Of a stretch of DNA of 64,000 nucleotides, positions 45,161-55,427 are shown piece after piece. The DNA comes from an uncultured Azospirillaceae bacterium. GTDB lineage: Bacteria; Pseudomonadota; Alphaproteobacteria; RF32; CAG-239. The position numbers and the translations under genes were made by a program. The notes under the pieces are model-generated. The model had not been told where the DNA came from, ran no database searches, and was given only the letters and a program-made list of their open reading frames with translations. Each line of letters opens with the position of its first letter. Position 1 is the stretch's first letter. The stretch is taken from positions 6,570 through 70,569 of the forward strand of contig CAYPFN010000008.1 of the NCBI GenBank assembly GCA_964410325.1, given 5' to 3'.

Positions 45161-45288
45161 TATTTTCTCCTCAAATACATTTTAACTGCAAAGAATATAC
45201 AACAAAATTTCTTTGATACAACATTAAAATACCAAGTCTTTCACAATTATTTTATATTTAAGGACAAGACTTTGAAAAATGATATTGT

Positions 45289-46212
45289 TTAAGGAAGATA
45301 TTTGCGCGGATCAACCGCTTTTTTACCAGCGCGGACTTCAAAATGAAGTTGCGGACTGTCAACGCTACCAGTACTTCCGACTGTTGCAATCTTTTCGCCT
45401 TTGGCAACGGTTTGCCCCTTTTTGACCACAAGCTTATCATTATGTGCATATGCGGTTATCCAACCGTCTGTATGCTTGATTAAAATAAGGTTTCCGAAAC
45501 CTTTTAACTCATTGCCGGCATAAGCTACCGTTCCCTTATCCGCGGCTTTAACATCGCTCCCTCTGGCCGCTTTGATGTTGATGCCATCGTTTTTACGTCC
45601 TTTCCCCATAACACCGAAATTGGAAATCACTGTTCCTTTAACCGGCCATAAAAATTTTGCCGTGCGGTTTTTGGGTGGCGTATAAGCCGTCTGCCGAACA
45701 GATGTTGCATTTTTAGCCGACACGTTTTTAGACACAGGTTGATTTGTGGCTGTTTGGGCGCTTTTCTGGCTTGTCGTCTGATAGTTGCGACTATTACCAG
45801 AAATTGTGCCAGAGAGCAGAAGTTTTTGGCCGACATGCAACGTGTATGGTGGGTGCAGATTATTAACGCGGCTTAAGGAGGTGATATCCACATTATGCTG
45901 GCGCGAAATGCTATAAAGGGTGTCGCCCTTTTGGACAATATGATATTGAGCCGTCGGCAGGCGCAAGGTTTGACCAATTTTCAACGTATACGGCGGATGA
46001 AGATTGTTGACCTGAATCAAATCTTTTAACGGAATGCTGTAACGCTGCGCAATACTGTATAAGGTATCCCCTTTTTTCACCTGGATTGTCGAAGGCGGCG
46101 TGCCAAATAAAGTATTGCGGTTAATCATGCGGATACCGTCATTTGAAAAATAACATCCGCTTAAGATTAGGCAGATTGCCGTTATTTTTAAAAAAGTTTT
46201 ATACATCTTCAT
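45289..46212 (-). CDS. NlpD-like lipoprotein (2 LysM domains plus M23 peptidase-like domain)
   Basis: Lipobox LSGC, two V.KGDTLYSI repeats, FLWPVKG, AYAHN, LHFEVR. Confidence 0.9.
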   Translation of the reverse strand: MKMYKTFLKITAICLILSGCYFSNDGIRMINRNTLFGTPPSTIQVKKGDTLYSIAQRYSIPLKDLIQVNNLHPPYTLKIGQTLRLPTAQYHIVQKGDTLYSISRQHNVDITSLSRVNNLHPPYTLHVGQKLLLSGTISGNSRNYQTTSQKSAQTATNQPVSKNVSAKNATSVRQTAYTPPKNRTAKFLWPVKGTVISNFGVMGKGRKNDGINIKAARGSDVKAADKGTVAYAGNELKGFGNLILIKHTDGWITAYAHNDKLVVKKGQTVAKGEKIATVGSTGSVDSPQLHFEVRAGKKAVDPRKYLP

Positions 46213-46324
46213 CCTTAGAGTTATTGCCTTTGTAGTATCACATTAAAAAAGCTAAATATTCGTTAAAAGACCTTGATTTTAAACAAACAATTGCTTATGC
46301 TAAAAACCGCTTGAAATTTAGAGG

Positions 46325-47776
46325 ATGCAGATGACGGAAAAACCGGAAATTATTGATGAAAGTGGCGAAAAATATAAATACGGCTTTGTAACAAACATTG
46401 AATCCGAAACCGTACCGAAAGGCCTAAATGAAAATATTATCCGCCTGATTTCCGCAAAAAAAGGCGAACCGGAATGGCTGCTGGAAAAACGGTTAGCGGC
46501 ATATCAGTTCTGGCTTAATATGAAAGAACCTACCTGGGCAAAATTAAATTATGAAAAAATCAATTATCAGGATTTGTTTTATTATGCCGCACCCAAGCAA
46601 AAGACTCAGCCTAAAAGCCTTCACGAAGTTGATCCCAAACTATTGGATACTTATAACAAACTCGGCATTCCCTTAAAAGAACAGGAGGTTTTGGCTGGTG
46701 TCGTGGCGGTTGACGCCGTGTTTGACAGTGTATCCGTAGCAACCACATACCGTGCGAAACTTGCCGAACAGGGGGTTATTTTTTGTTCTATTTCAGAGGC
46801 TGTTAAACATCATCCGGATCTGGTACAGAAGTATTTGGGTTCAGTGGTGCCTTACACTGATAACTTTTTTGCCTGTTTAAATTCCGCTGTATTTACCGAT
46901 GGCTCATTTGTATATATTCCTAAAGGCGTTAAATGCCCTATGGAGCTTTCAACCTATTTCAGAATTAACGCCCGAAACACCGGCCAGTTTGAACGCACGC
47001 TGATTATTGCCGATGAAGGAAGTTATGTTTCATATCTTGAGGGCTGTACGGCGCCACAACGCAATGAAAACCAACTTCATGCCGCTATTGTGGAAATTGT
47101 GGTTTTAAAAGACGCCGAAGTTAAGTATTCTACCGTACAAAATTGGTATCCGGGAGATAAAGACGGCAAAGGTGGCGTATATAATTTTGTTACCAAACGC
47201 GCTGCCTGCCGTGGTGATAATGCCAAAATATCATGGACACAGGTCGAAACCGGTTCTGCCGTTACTTGGAAGTATCCATCATGCATTTTGCAGGGAGATA
47301 ATTCAAGCGGCGAATTTTATTCGGTTGCCATTACCAATAACCGGCAACAGGCCGACACTGGCACAAAAATGATTCATATCGGCAAAAACACACGGTCTAA
47401 AATTATTTCCAAAGGTATTTCGACCGGGTTTTCCAACCAAACGTACCGCGGATTGGTTAAGGTTGCGCCAGAAGCCAGTTATGCGCGGAATTATTCGCAG
47501 TGCGACAGCCTGCTTATCGGCTCAAAATGTGGTTCACATACTGTTCCGTATATTGAAAACCGTAGCCACGGCGCCGTATTAGAGCATGAAGCGACTACTT
47601 CAAAAATCAGCGAAGAACAATTATTTTACTGCAAACAGCGGGGCATCAGCGAAGAAGAGGCGGTTAGTTTGATTGTCAACGGCTTTTGCAAAGAAGTTAT
47701 GCAGCAACTACCGATGGAGTTTGCCATTGAAGCGGCTAAATTAATTAATATTTCGCTTGAAGGGAGCGTTGGTTAA
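46325..47776 (+). CDS. sufB: Fe-S cluster assembly protein SufB
   Basis: [44 protein letters not shown]. Confidence 0.97.
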   Translation: MQMTEKPEIIDESGEKYKYGFVTNIESETVPKGLNENIIRLISAKKGEPEWLLEKRLAAYQFWLNMKEPTWAKLNYEKINYQDLFYYAAPKQKTQPKSLHEVDPKLLDTYNKLGIPLKEQEVLAGVVAVDAVFDSVSVATTYRAKLAEQGVIFCSISEAVKHHPDLVQKYLGSVVPYTDNFFACLNSAVFTDGSFVYIPKGVKCPMELSTYFRINARNTGQFERTLIIADEGSYVSYLEGCTAPQRNENQLHAAIVEIVVLKDAEVKYSTVQNWYPGDKDGKGGVYNFVTKRAACRGDNAKISWTQVETGSAVTWKYPSCILQGDNSSGEFYSVAITNNRQQADTGTKMIHIGKNTRSKIISKGISTGFSNQTYRGLVKVAPEASYARNYSQCDSLLIGSKCGSHTVPYIENRSHGAVLEHEATTSKISEEQLFYCKQRGISEEEAVSLIVNGFCKEVMQQLPMEFAIEAAKLINISLEGSVG

Positions 47777-47778
47777 AA

Positions 47779-48069
47779 ATGAATATTTATCAAAGAGCAA
47801 TTAAACTTTGGGGCAAAGAACCGCAAATGCTGCAGGTTATTGAAGAAATGAGCGAGCTTACCAAAGAAATTATTAAAAATATTAATCGCCAAAAAGATAA
47901 CGTCGAGCTGTTGATTGAAGAAACCGCCGATGTAGAAATTATGCTGGAACAGCTTAAATGCTGTTATGATATTGCGACGCAAGTCGAAGAATATAAAAAA
48001 AATAAATTGGTTTTGATTGAACAACGTTTGAATGAATGGGAAAAAACACATGACTGCACCACTGCTTGA
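47779..48069 (+). CDS. MazG-like nucleotide pyrophosphohydrolase domain protein
   Basis: IEEMSELTKEI and EETADVEIML acidic motifs. Confidence 0.7.
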   Translation: MNIYQRAIKLWGKEPQMLQVIEEMSELTKEIIKNINRQKDNVELLIEETADVEIMLEQLKCCYDIATQVEEYKKNKLVLIEQRLNEWEKTHDCTTA

Positions 48070-48811
48070 AATTGAAGATTTATGTGCTCGGGTGGATGGC
48101 AAAGACATTATTAAAGGCTTTAACCTTACTATAAATGAGGGCGAAGTTCATGCCGTTATGGGACCAAACGGCGCTGGTAAATCTACTCTTTCATATGTAT
48201 TATGCGGTAAACCTGGATATGAGGTAACTTCTGGAAGCGTGCGTTTTAAAGGCAAAGATTTGCTGGCGATGAGTGTGGAAGAAAGGGCGCGCGAAGGGTT
48301 GTTTTTGATTATGCAGTATCCGGTAGAGATTCCTGGCGTGCCGACAACCACATTTTTAAAGCATGCTATTAACAATATCCATAAGCATAATCAAGAAGCG
48401 GAACTTGATACGATGGCTTTCATCAAAATGGTTCGTGAAGAAGGAAAAAAGCTCGGTATTGACGGAGAAATGCTTAAACGGCCGGTTAACGTCGGATTTT
48501 CAGGTGGCGAAAAGAAAAGAATGGAAATATTGCAAATGGCGGTGTTAAAACCGGTGATGACAATTTTAGACGAAGCGGATTCCGGACTGGATATCGATGC
48601 CTTAAAAGTCGTGGCGGCGGGGGTTAATTCTTTGAGGGACGGTAAGCGTTCAATGCTGGTGATTACACATTATCAGCGGCTATTAAACTATATTGTGCCG
48701 GATTTTGTACATGTGTTTGCCGATGGTCGGATTGTCAAATCTGGCGATAAAAATCTGGCTTTGGAATTGGAAGAAAATGGTTATGCCGAATTTATCAGGG
48801 ATAAGGCTTGA
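48050..48811 (+). CDS. sufC: Fe-S cluster assembly ATPase SufC
   Basis: GPNGAGKST, QYPVEIPGV, FSGGEKKR, LDEADSGLDIDAL, ITHY. Confidence 0.97.
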   Translation: MTAPLLEIEDLCARVDGKDIIKGFNLTINEGEVHAVMGPNGAGKSTLSYVLCGKPGYEVTSGSVRFKGKDLLAMSVEERAREGLFLIMQYPVEIPGVPTTTFLKHAINNIHKHNQEAELDTMAFIKMVREEGKKLGIDGEMLKRPVNVGFSGGEKKRMEILQMAVLKPVMTILDEADSGLDIDALKVVAAGVNSLRDGKRSMLVITHYQRLLNYIVPDFVHVFADGRIVKSGDKNLALELEENGYAEFIRDKA

Positions 48812-48812
48812 T

Positions 48813-50096
48813 ATGGATATGGGTGGATTAATCCAAAACATCAAACTTAGCGGGGCGGATACGCCTAAGGTATCGGCTTTGCGTGAAAAAGGCCTTGAAT
48901 GTTTTGTCAGACAAGGTTTGCCAACAGCTAAAACCGAAGCTTGGAAATATACCCGTGTGCGCGAATTAATGGGACAAGATTTTGTAATTGAAGGAAGTGA
49001 AGAACCTAACCAGCGTTGCAAGGGGGATGAAGCCAGCAAAAACAGAGATTGTTCCTGCCATATGCAGACTTTGCCGTTTGTGGCATATGAAATACATTTT
49101 TGCAACGGAAAACTTAAAGAAAATCATTTTCATCTGCCAGACGGCATCGAAATCATACCGCTTTACGAGGCTTTTTACAATCCGGAAATGTTTCGGATGC
49201 TTAATAAAAGTTTTGAAATGGAAAATTTTCCGTTTGCCGCACTCAACACCGCTTATCTTGAACAAGGCGTATTTATAAGAATAGCACGGAATATTAAGTT
49301 AGATAAGCCTTTAGCCTTAGTTTATCATGTTCTGGGCGGAATTAAGCGCTTTGCCAACATACATAATGTCATTTCTGTAGAAACCGGTGCCAAAGCCACA
49401 ATTGTGGAATATTATCACTATTCGGGAGAAGCAAAATCCGCATATTTTAATAATATTGTCAATGAAATTCATGTCGGGCGACAAGCTATCGTTCGGCATT
49501 ATGCTATGCAAAACGAAGCGTTTAAGGCTGTCCATATTGCCTTAAATGCCGTTAAGGTCAAAAAAGACGGAAATTATAAAAGTTTCTGCCTGCAAAAAGG
49601 CGCCAATCTGGCGCGGCGCGAAACACATGTTATGCTGCAGGAAATCGGGGCATCTTCCGAAGTTAACGCCGTTTATATCATGAATGGCTGGGCCACGCTT
49701 GACACCACAACCGATATTGAGCACTTAGTGGCAAATACGCACTCGACGCAACTGGTTAAAGGCGTGGTCGGTGGCCAGGCTAAAGGCGTTTTTCAGGGAA
49801 AAATCCATATTGCTCCCAACGCGCAGCAAACCGAAGGTCGGCAACTGCATAAAGCTTTGCTTTTGAGCAATGAGGCAGAAGTAGATGTTAAGCCGGAACT
49901 GGAAATATTTGCCGACGATGTTAAATGTTCTCACGGCGCAACATGCGGCGAACTGGATGAAGAACAGCTGTTTTATTTACGGTCGCGCGGTATAAGCGAG
50001 GAAGAAGCGCGGCGCATATTGATTGAAGCCTTTGTGAATGAAGCATATGCCCTGATCGAGGATGAAAATATCCGTTTATGGCTACAAAGTTTTTAA
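48813..50096 (+). CDS. sufD: Fe-S cluster assembly protein SufD
   Basis: EAWKYT, ALNTA, GVFQGKI, KPELEIFADDVKCSHGAT, FYLRSRGI. Confidence 0.95.
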   Translation: MDMGGLIQNIKLSGADTPKVSALREKGLECFVRQGLPTAKTEAWKYTRVRELMGQDFVIEGSEEPNQRCKGDEASKNRDCSCHMQTLPFVAYEIHFCNGKLKENHFHLPDGIEIIPLYEAFYNPEMFRMLNKSFEMENFPFAALNTAYLEQGVFIRIARNIKLDKPLALVYHVLGGIKRFANIHNVISVETGAKATIVEYYHYSGEAKSAYFNNIVNEIHVGRQAIVRHYAMQNEAFKAVHIALNAVKVKKDGNYKSFCLQKGANLARRETHVMLQEIGASSEVNAVYIMNGWATLDTTTDIEHLVANTHSTQLVKGVVGGQAKGVFQGKIHIAPNAQQTEGRQLHKALLLSNEAEVDVKPELEIFADDVKCSHGATCGELDEEQLFYLRSRGISEEEARRILIEAFVNEAYALIEDENIRLWLQSF

Positions 50097-50140
50097 GCGT
50101 TTTGCCTCTTTCAAGTTGCTTTTTTGCATACAATACATAG

Positions 50141-50168
50141 AAAAAGGGGAAGTAACCTTCCCCTTTTT
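50141..50168. terminator. Terminator after sufD
   Basis: Perfect 12-bp stem aaaaaggggaag / cttccccttttt. Confidence 0.8.
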
Positions 50169-50487
50169 AACTTAATAAAAAAAAATACTTTCGAGCAGCA
50201 TTTTCATCCCCTAAACCTATTTTAATATAATAGCTGCAGGCAACTTTCGCCAACTCGCTTAAATTATACACCCTGTCAAGGAAAGACGCTTCTTCCCTAG
50301 CCCGGCGCAGAACTTTGCAGATTTTCAGCGAAAACTTATTTTCTGGCGCTGTAAATGTTCGCTTTTCCGATAGTCCGTAATATAACCTGCAAAAAGGCAG
50401 CGCATATACCTGTCCGCATACTCTTTTCCAAATGAGCTTTTAAGGCTACGCATAACTGTTTCTCATATATTACGGAAATAAGATTAT

Positions 50488-50517
50488 AAAAAAACCCTGC
50501 TCATCAATGCAGGGTTT
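50488..50517 (-). terminator. Terminator after rplL
   Basis: aaaccctgc / gcagggttt stem with a minus-strand U tract. Confidence 0.75.
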
Positions 50518-50535
50518 CATGAATTTCAGAAAAAA

Positions 50536-50910
50536 TTACTTCAATTCAACTTTAGCACCAGCGGCTTCAAGTTTAGCTTTGATTTCTTCAGCTTCAGCTT
50601 TAGCAACGCCTTCTTTAACCGTTTTCGGCGCACCATCAACCAAATCTTTAGCTTCTTTCAAGCCCAATTGAGTAATGGCTCTGATTTCTTTAATAACATT
50701 GATCTTATTTGCACCAGCTTCGGCCAAAATAACATCAAATTCATCTTTTTCTTCAGCGGCAGCAGCACCTGCAGCAACACCCCCAGCAGCAACAGCTACA
50801 GCAGCAGCGGCGGAAACGCCCCATTTTTCTTCTAACATCTTTGACAAGTCAGCAGCTTCCATAACGGTCAAAGCTGATAATTCATCTACTAATTTGGCTA
50901 AATCTGCCAT
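50536..50910 (-). CDS. rplL: 50S ribosomal protein L7/L12
   Basis: [29 protein letters not shown]. Confidence 0.98.
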   Translation of the reverse strand: MADLAKLVDELSALTVMEAADLSKMLEEKWGVSAAAAVAVAAGGVAAGAAAAEEKDEFDVILAEAGANKINVIKEIRAITQLGLKEAKDLVDGAPKTVKEGVAKAEAEEIKAKLEAAGAKVELK

Positions 50911-50970
50911 TTTTTTTCTCCAATTAAATTAAATTTTAAAAAGTTAAATTCAAACAAATTACTTAAAACC

Positions 50971-51453
50971 TTACGCAGCTTCTTTTTCGCTATATGCTTT
51001 AGTAACTCTTGCCAGTTGGGCGGCAGGAGCCTGCAGCAGGCCAATGATTTTAGCGCGCAATTCATCCATGGACGGAATGCTTGCCAAGCGGTTGATTTCA
51101 TTAATGGTCAAAACGCCTGTGGATAAAGCGCCACCAAGAATAACCAATTTTTCATTGTTCTTTGCGAATTCGACACAAACTTTGCAGGCAGAAACAGGAT
51201 CTTTGGCAAATGCTATAGCCGTTGGGCCGGTAAACAAATCTGCCAAACCTTCAAATTTTGTGTCTTTAAGAGCCAGTTTCGTAATCCGGTTTTTTGTAAC
51301 TCTGAACCCGGCGCCTGCTTTACGGATATTGTTGCGAAGTTCGGAAACTTCTGCTACCGTTAAACCTTTATAATGGGAAATAACGATGGCTTCTGAACTT
51401 TCGAACAACCCGTGCAGATCTTCCAGGAGTTGTTTCTTTTCATCGCGGTTCAC
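50971..51453 (-). CDS. rplJ: 50S ribosomal protein L10
   Basis: YKGLTVAE, V.KNRITKLAL, FTGPTA, L.SIPS.DELRAK. Confidence 0.97.
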   Translation of the reverse strand: MNRDEKKQLLEDLHGLFESSEAIVISHYKGLTVAEVSELRNNIRKAGAGFRVTKNRITKLALKDTKFEGLADLFTGPTAIAFAKDPVSACKVCVEFAKNNEKLVILGGALSTGVLTINEINRLASIPSMDELRAKIIGLLQAPAAQLARVTKAYSEKEAA

Positions 51454-51550
51454 TTATTGTCTCCAATTAAAATATTATCATTTCTGACAATATTGTTTTA
51501 CCACAACCATATGCAGGTTTAACACTAAAACCTTCCATATGGCACCTAAT

Positions 51551-51659
51551 CTGTCCGGGAGAAAATGGATTAAAAAATCTTGCTTACTCCGTCTGCGCAG
51601 GAAATTAAGGCCAAAGCACTCATTTTTGCTTGATAACGGCCACCTACGGTCTTGGACAG
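51551..51659 (-). ncRNA. L10 leader (rplJ autoregulatory RNA)
   Basis: Minus strand CUGUCCAAGACCGUAGG...UUAAUUUCCUGCGCAGACGG...GGACAG upstream of rplJ. Confidence 0.8.
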
Positions 51660-51701
51660 TGCGAACGGTTTATATAAAATAAGCCATTCTCGCATGGACT
51701 G

Positions 51702-51730
51702 CTTATATACACTTATTAAGCCGTTGTCAA
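51702..51730 (-). promoter_or_regulatory. sigma70 promoter of rplJL (TTGACA-N17-TATAAG)
   Basis: Near-consensus boxes upstream of the L10 leader. Confidence 0.7.
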
Positions 51731-51793
51731 GCAAAACTTTATACCTCGTTGGGAAACTTTATATCTGTTTTATATCGACGCCGGCTAAATTGA

Positions 51794-52045
51794 TACAAAA
51801 TTTCCTCCTCATATGTCGCTAAAACTTGTTCCGACTACGGATATACGGATCTTAAAAGCGGATACATTTGCGCATCAAGATACAGCTTTAAACTCGGTTA
51901 TTCGACAAATTACCGTTATCAAGCCTGTCTGCAAGAGGAGCAACAATCCATTAGCGGTTATTACGGAACCTGTAGTTATTATACACTCATTAAAAACTAT
52001 GCAACAGCCTGCGAATGCGCAGGAATTTATTGTTCTTCAATCTAA
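51794..52045 (+). pseudogene. Relic of a Cys/Tyr/Gly-rich protein gene
   Basis: Start-less frame YVAKTCSDYGYTDLKSGYIC...YYGTCSYY...TACECAGIYCSSI*. Confidence 0.45.
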
Positions 52046-52118
52046 ACTTGGCATAATTATAATGCCTTATATTCCCTTGGCAGGGTCTGTATTTTCAGCC
52101 TTTACTTATCAGGTTTTG

Positions 52119-54494
52119 TCAGAGTTTGGATAAACCTTCCCTGCTCTTATTTTTTTTCAAGGCGATTTTTAAGACTTCGTTGACCTCGGTTACCGGAATA
52201 ATCTTTAAACCGGTCTTAACATTTTCAGGGATTTCCGCTAGATCTTTTTCATTTTCTTTGGGTATAATCACCGTCTTAATACCGCCACGCAAAGCCGAAA
52301 GCAATTTTTCTTTCAACCCGCCTATCGGCAACACACGTCCCTGTAGCGTAATCTCCCCGGTCATAGCCACATCTTTCCTGACCGGAACTTTGGTTAACAC
52401 TGAAACCAAAGTTGTATACATGGCAATGCCTGCCGATGGCCCGTCTTTCGGCGTGGCTCCTTCTGGAACATGAATGTGGATATCGGTTTTTTCAAACACT
52501 TCTGGATCAATCCCCAATTCTTTGGAATGGGCGCGGACGACTGAATACGCCGTATCAATCGACTCTTTCATCACTTCGCCCAATTTTCCAGTTTGCATAA
52601 CTTTACCTTTACCCGGCATATCAACTGCCTCAATAAATAAAATATCGCCACCAACTTCAGTCCAGGCCAAACCAGTTGTTACACCGATATGATCTTTCTC
52701 TTCCGCTACACCGAAAATAAATTTACGCACGCCTAAATATTTTTCCAGATTATCAGCGTTAACTTCCACTTTCAAACCAGCGTCTTTAGATAATAAAATA
52801 TCTTTAACTGCTTTGCGGGCAATCGTCGATAATTCGCGTTCCAGATTGCGGACACCGGCTTCACGGGTGTAGTAGCGGACGATATCCCGCACGGCGGTAT
52901 CGGTTATGCCTAATTCGGACTCTTTAACCGCATTTTCCGTAAAAATCTTAGGAATTAAATGCCTTCTGGCAATCTCAACTTTTTCATCTTCGGTGTAACC
53001 AGATAAACGGATAATTTCCATCCTGTCTAACAAAGGCTTAGGCATGTCAAGCGAATTAGCCGTGGTCACAAACATAACATCGGATAAATCGTAATCAACT
53101 TCTAGATAATGATCGTTAAAAGTCGAATTTTGCTCCGGATCCAGCACTTCCAAAAGCGCCGAACTCGGATCGCCACGCCAATCATTACCAAGCTTGTCAA
53201 TTTCATCTAACAGAAATAACGGGTTAGATGTGCCGGCCTTTTTCATGCTTTGAATAATTTTGCCGGGCATTGAACCGATATATGTCCGCCGATGGCCACG
53301 AATTTCTGCCTCATCACGCATTCCACCCAGCGAGGCGCGGACAAAGTTACGCCCCGTAGCACGGGCAATAGATTGCCCCAATGAGGTTTTGCCGACCCCC
53401 GGAGGACCAACCAAACAGAGAATCGGCCCTTTAACCTTATCAGCACGGGAACGCACCGCCAGATATTCAACAATCCGCTCTTTGACTTTTTCTAGGCCGT
53501 AATGATCTTTCTCCAAGATATCTATAGCTTTAGCTAAATCTTTATTAACTTTGGATTTTTTCTTCCACGGAATATCCAAAAGCCAATCCAGATAATTGCG
53601 CACCACGGTGGCCTCCGAGCTCATCGTTCCCATGGTCTTAAGCTTACGCACCTCTGCCAGCGCCTTTTCTCTGGCCTCTTTGGAAAGACGCGTGTTTTTA
53701 ATCTTTTTCATATAAACTGATATTTCATCTTCTTCCTCACCGTCATTGAGCTCTTTTTGGATAGCTTTCATTTGTTCGTTGAGGTAATATTCTTTCTGGC
53801 TTTTTTCCATTTGTTTTTTGACGCGGTTCTTTATTTTATTTTCAACCTCAATCATGGCAAGTTCAGCATCTACAAAACCCAACAGTTTTTCAAGGCGTTC
53901 CGTAAGGCTTCCGGCTTCGAGCAGAGATTGTTTTTCTTCAACCTTTAAAGTAATATGCGATGCAATTGTATCGGCAAGCCTGCTGTAATCTTCAATCTGC
54001 CGGACGGCAACCATGACATCCGGAGACAGTTTTTTAGAAACTTTAACATATTCTTCAAATTGAGAAATAACCGCTCTGGCTAACGCTTCCTGTTCTAAAT
54101 CATTTTCAGGAGAATCCGGTAGCGAAACCATTTCCGCCGCGACATATTCGCCATTATCATAAAAATTTTTAATTGCAATCCGCGCCATGCCTTCAATCAA
54201 AACTTTTACCGTGCCGTCAGGGAGTTTTAACATCTGTAAAACATGTCCAAGCGTTCCGATGTGGTAGATATCAGCCTCTTTCGGATCCTCCATATCAGCT
54301 TTTTTTTGAGTGGCCAAGACAATAGTGTTATCTGCCATGCTTGCTTTTTGCAGGGCGTTTATCGACTTTTGCCGACCGACAAACAACGGAACAATCATTT
54401 TGGGAAAGACAACCGTATCGCGCAGCGGCAATACCGGAAGCAGCTGCGGGTTCTCGTTTTCAATATTCTCGGACATACTTACCTTTTTCTCCAT
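52119..54494 (-). CDS. lon: ATP-dependent protease La
   Basis: LPVLPLRD, GPPGVGKTS, LLDEIDK, HVPEGATPKDGPSAG, GGLKEK. Confidence 0.98.
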   Translation of the reverse strand: MEKKVSMSENIENENPQLLPVLPLRDTVVFPKMIVPLFVGRQKSINALQKASMADNTIVLATQKKADMEDPKEADIYHIGTLGHVLQMLKLPDGTVKVLIEGMARIAIKNFYDNGEYVAAEMVSLPDSPENDLEQEALARAVISQFEEYVKVSKKLSPDVMVAVRQIEDYSRLADTIASHITLKVEEKQSLLEAGSLTERLEKLLGFVDAELAMIEVENKIKNRVKKQMEKSQKEYYLNEQMKAIQKELNDGEEEDEISVYMKKIKNTRLSKEAREKALAEVRKLKTMGTMSSEATVVRNYLDWLLDIPWKKKSKVNKDLAKAIDILEKDHYGLEKVKERIVEYLAVRSRADKVKGPILCLVGPPGVGKTSLGQSIARATGRNFVRASLGGMRDEAEIRGHRRTYIGSMPGKIIQSMKKAGTSNPLFLLDEIDKLGNDWRGDPSSALLEVLDPEQNSTFNDHYLEVDYDLSDVMFVTTANSLDMPKPLLDRMEIIRLSGYTEDEKVEIARRHLIPKIFTENAVKESELGITDTAVRDIVRYYTREAGVRNLERELSTIARKAVKDILLSKDAGLKVEVNADNLEKYLGVRKFIFGVAEEKDHIGVTTGLAWTEVGGDILFIEAVDMPGKGKVMQTGKLGEVMKESIDTAYSVVRAHSKELGIDPEVFEKTDIHIHVPEGATPKDGPSAGIAMYTTLVSVLTKVPVRKDVAMTGEITLQGRVLPIGGLKEKLLSALRGGIKTVIIPKENEKDLAEIPENVKTGLKIIPVTEVNEVLKIALKKNKSREGLSKL

Positions 54495-54667
54495 TTTATT
54501 GCTTTAGTTGTATATAGGAAATCTATAAACATTTGGCAAGGGTGGCAACGTTAAAACTTTTTAATCCACAACCACTCTTCTGTGATAAAGTTTAAAATGA
54601 TTTGCAGATTTAAAAAAAAGCATATATTGTTCTTAATGTTTGTATCGTTTTAGCGTATTGGACAACC

Positions 54668-55408
54668 ATGGCTGTTTTCAAAAATATTGAAAAAAAAATA
54701 ATAAAATCACGTGCTGTTAATGCCGTATTCGGTTTTCTAGCATATTGGTATGTCCGGCTGGTGGCAGCAACCACTAAATGGGATATCCGAAATATTGACA
54801 ATTTTTACGGTAGCCTGAAAAAATACGGTAGCGTTATATTTATCGCCTGGCATGGACGCGTGCCGATGATACCTTATTTTTGGGATAAGCGCTCTACCTT
54901 AAAGGCTTTGGTATCTCCGCATCACGACGGTCGGCTTATTATCGGGCTTCTGCGCCGCTTCGGCATCGGACATATTAACGGATCCAGCAATGAATGCGCC
55001 GTCAGCGCTGCAATTACACTGTTAAAAGAACTGCAGCAAGGAACCACTATCGCCATTATCCCCGATGGGCCGCGGGGCCCTAGCATGACTATGGGTTTGA
55101 GCCCTTTATATTATGCTCAGAAAACTGGAAAGCCGATTGTTGGCGTTACATACAGCATCGCCAATTCCTCGGTGATAGAAAAAAGCTGGGACAGGATGCT
55201 GTTGCCTAAACCTTTTAACAAAGGCATATGCGTGGTAACCCAGCCTTTTTTCATTCCTGGTCATATTGCAAAAGAGGAATTGGAACATTATCGGCAGAAA
55301 ATTGAAAATGAGATGAACGAGCTCACCTGGAAAATTGACAAAGAATTGGGTTTGCCTTATATTCCGAAAGGTACCGTCCCTAAAAAGAAACGCGACACAT
55401 CCTCTTGA
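54668..55408 (+). CDS. DUF374 / lysophospholipid acyltransferase family protein
   Basis: WHGR, VSPHHDG, GSS, PDGPRGP; position upstream of waaA. Confidence 0.85.
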   Translation: MAVFKNIEKKIIKSRAVNAVFGFLAYWYVRLVAATTKWDIRNIDNFYGSLKKYGSVIFIAWHGRVPMIPYFWDKRSTLKALVSPHHDGRLIIGLLRRFGIGHINGSSNECAVSAAITLLKELQQGTTIAIIPDGPRGPSMTMGLSPLYYAQKTGKPIVGVTYSIANSSVIEKSWDRMLLPKPFNKGICVVTQPFFIPGHIAKEELEHYRQKIENEMNELTWKIDKELGLPYIPKGTVPKKKRDTSS

Positions 55409-55427
55409 CAGATAAAAGGAATAAATA

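Noticed and set aside
12453-51793. In-frame stops in several relics are TGA (12453, 12504, about 36802, about 42050, 51791), suggesting UGA recoding
   Set aside because: Core genes translate full length under code 11 and several end in TGA (trxB, sufC, secF, lpxK). TGG-to-TGA or CGA-to-TGA decay explains the pattern, and some relics also have frameshifts.
51813-52133. Listed 106-aa ORF
   Set aside because: No Shine-Dalgarno, it overlaps the lon 3' end, and a more protein-like Cys-rich frame underlies it.
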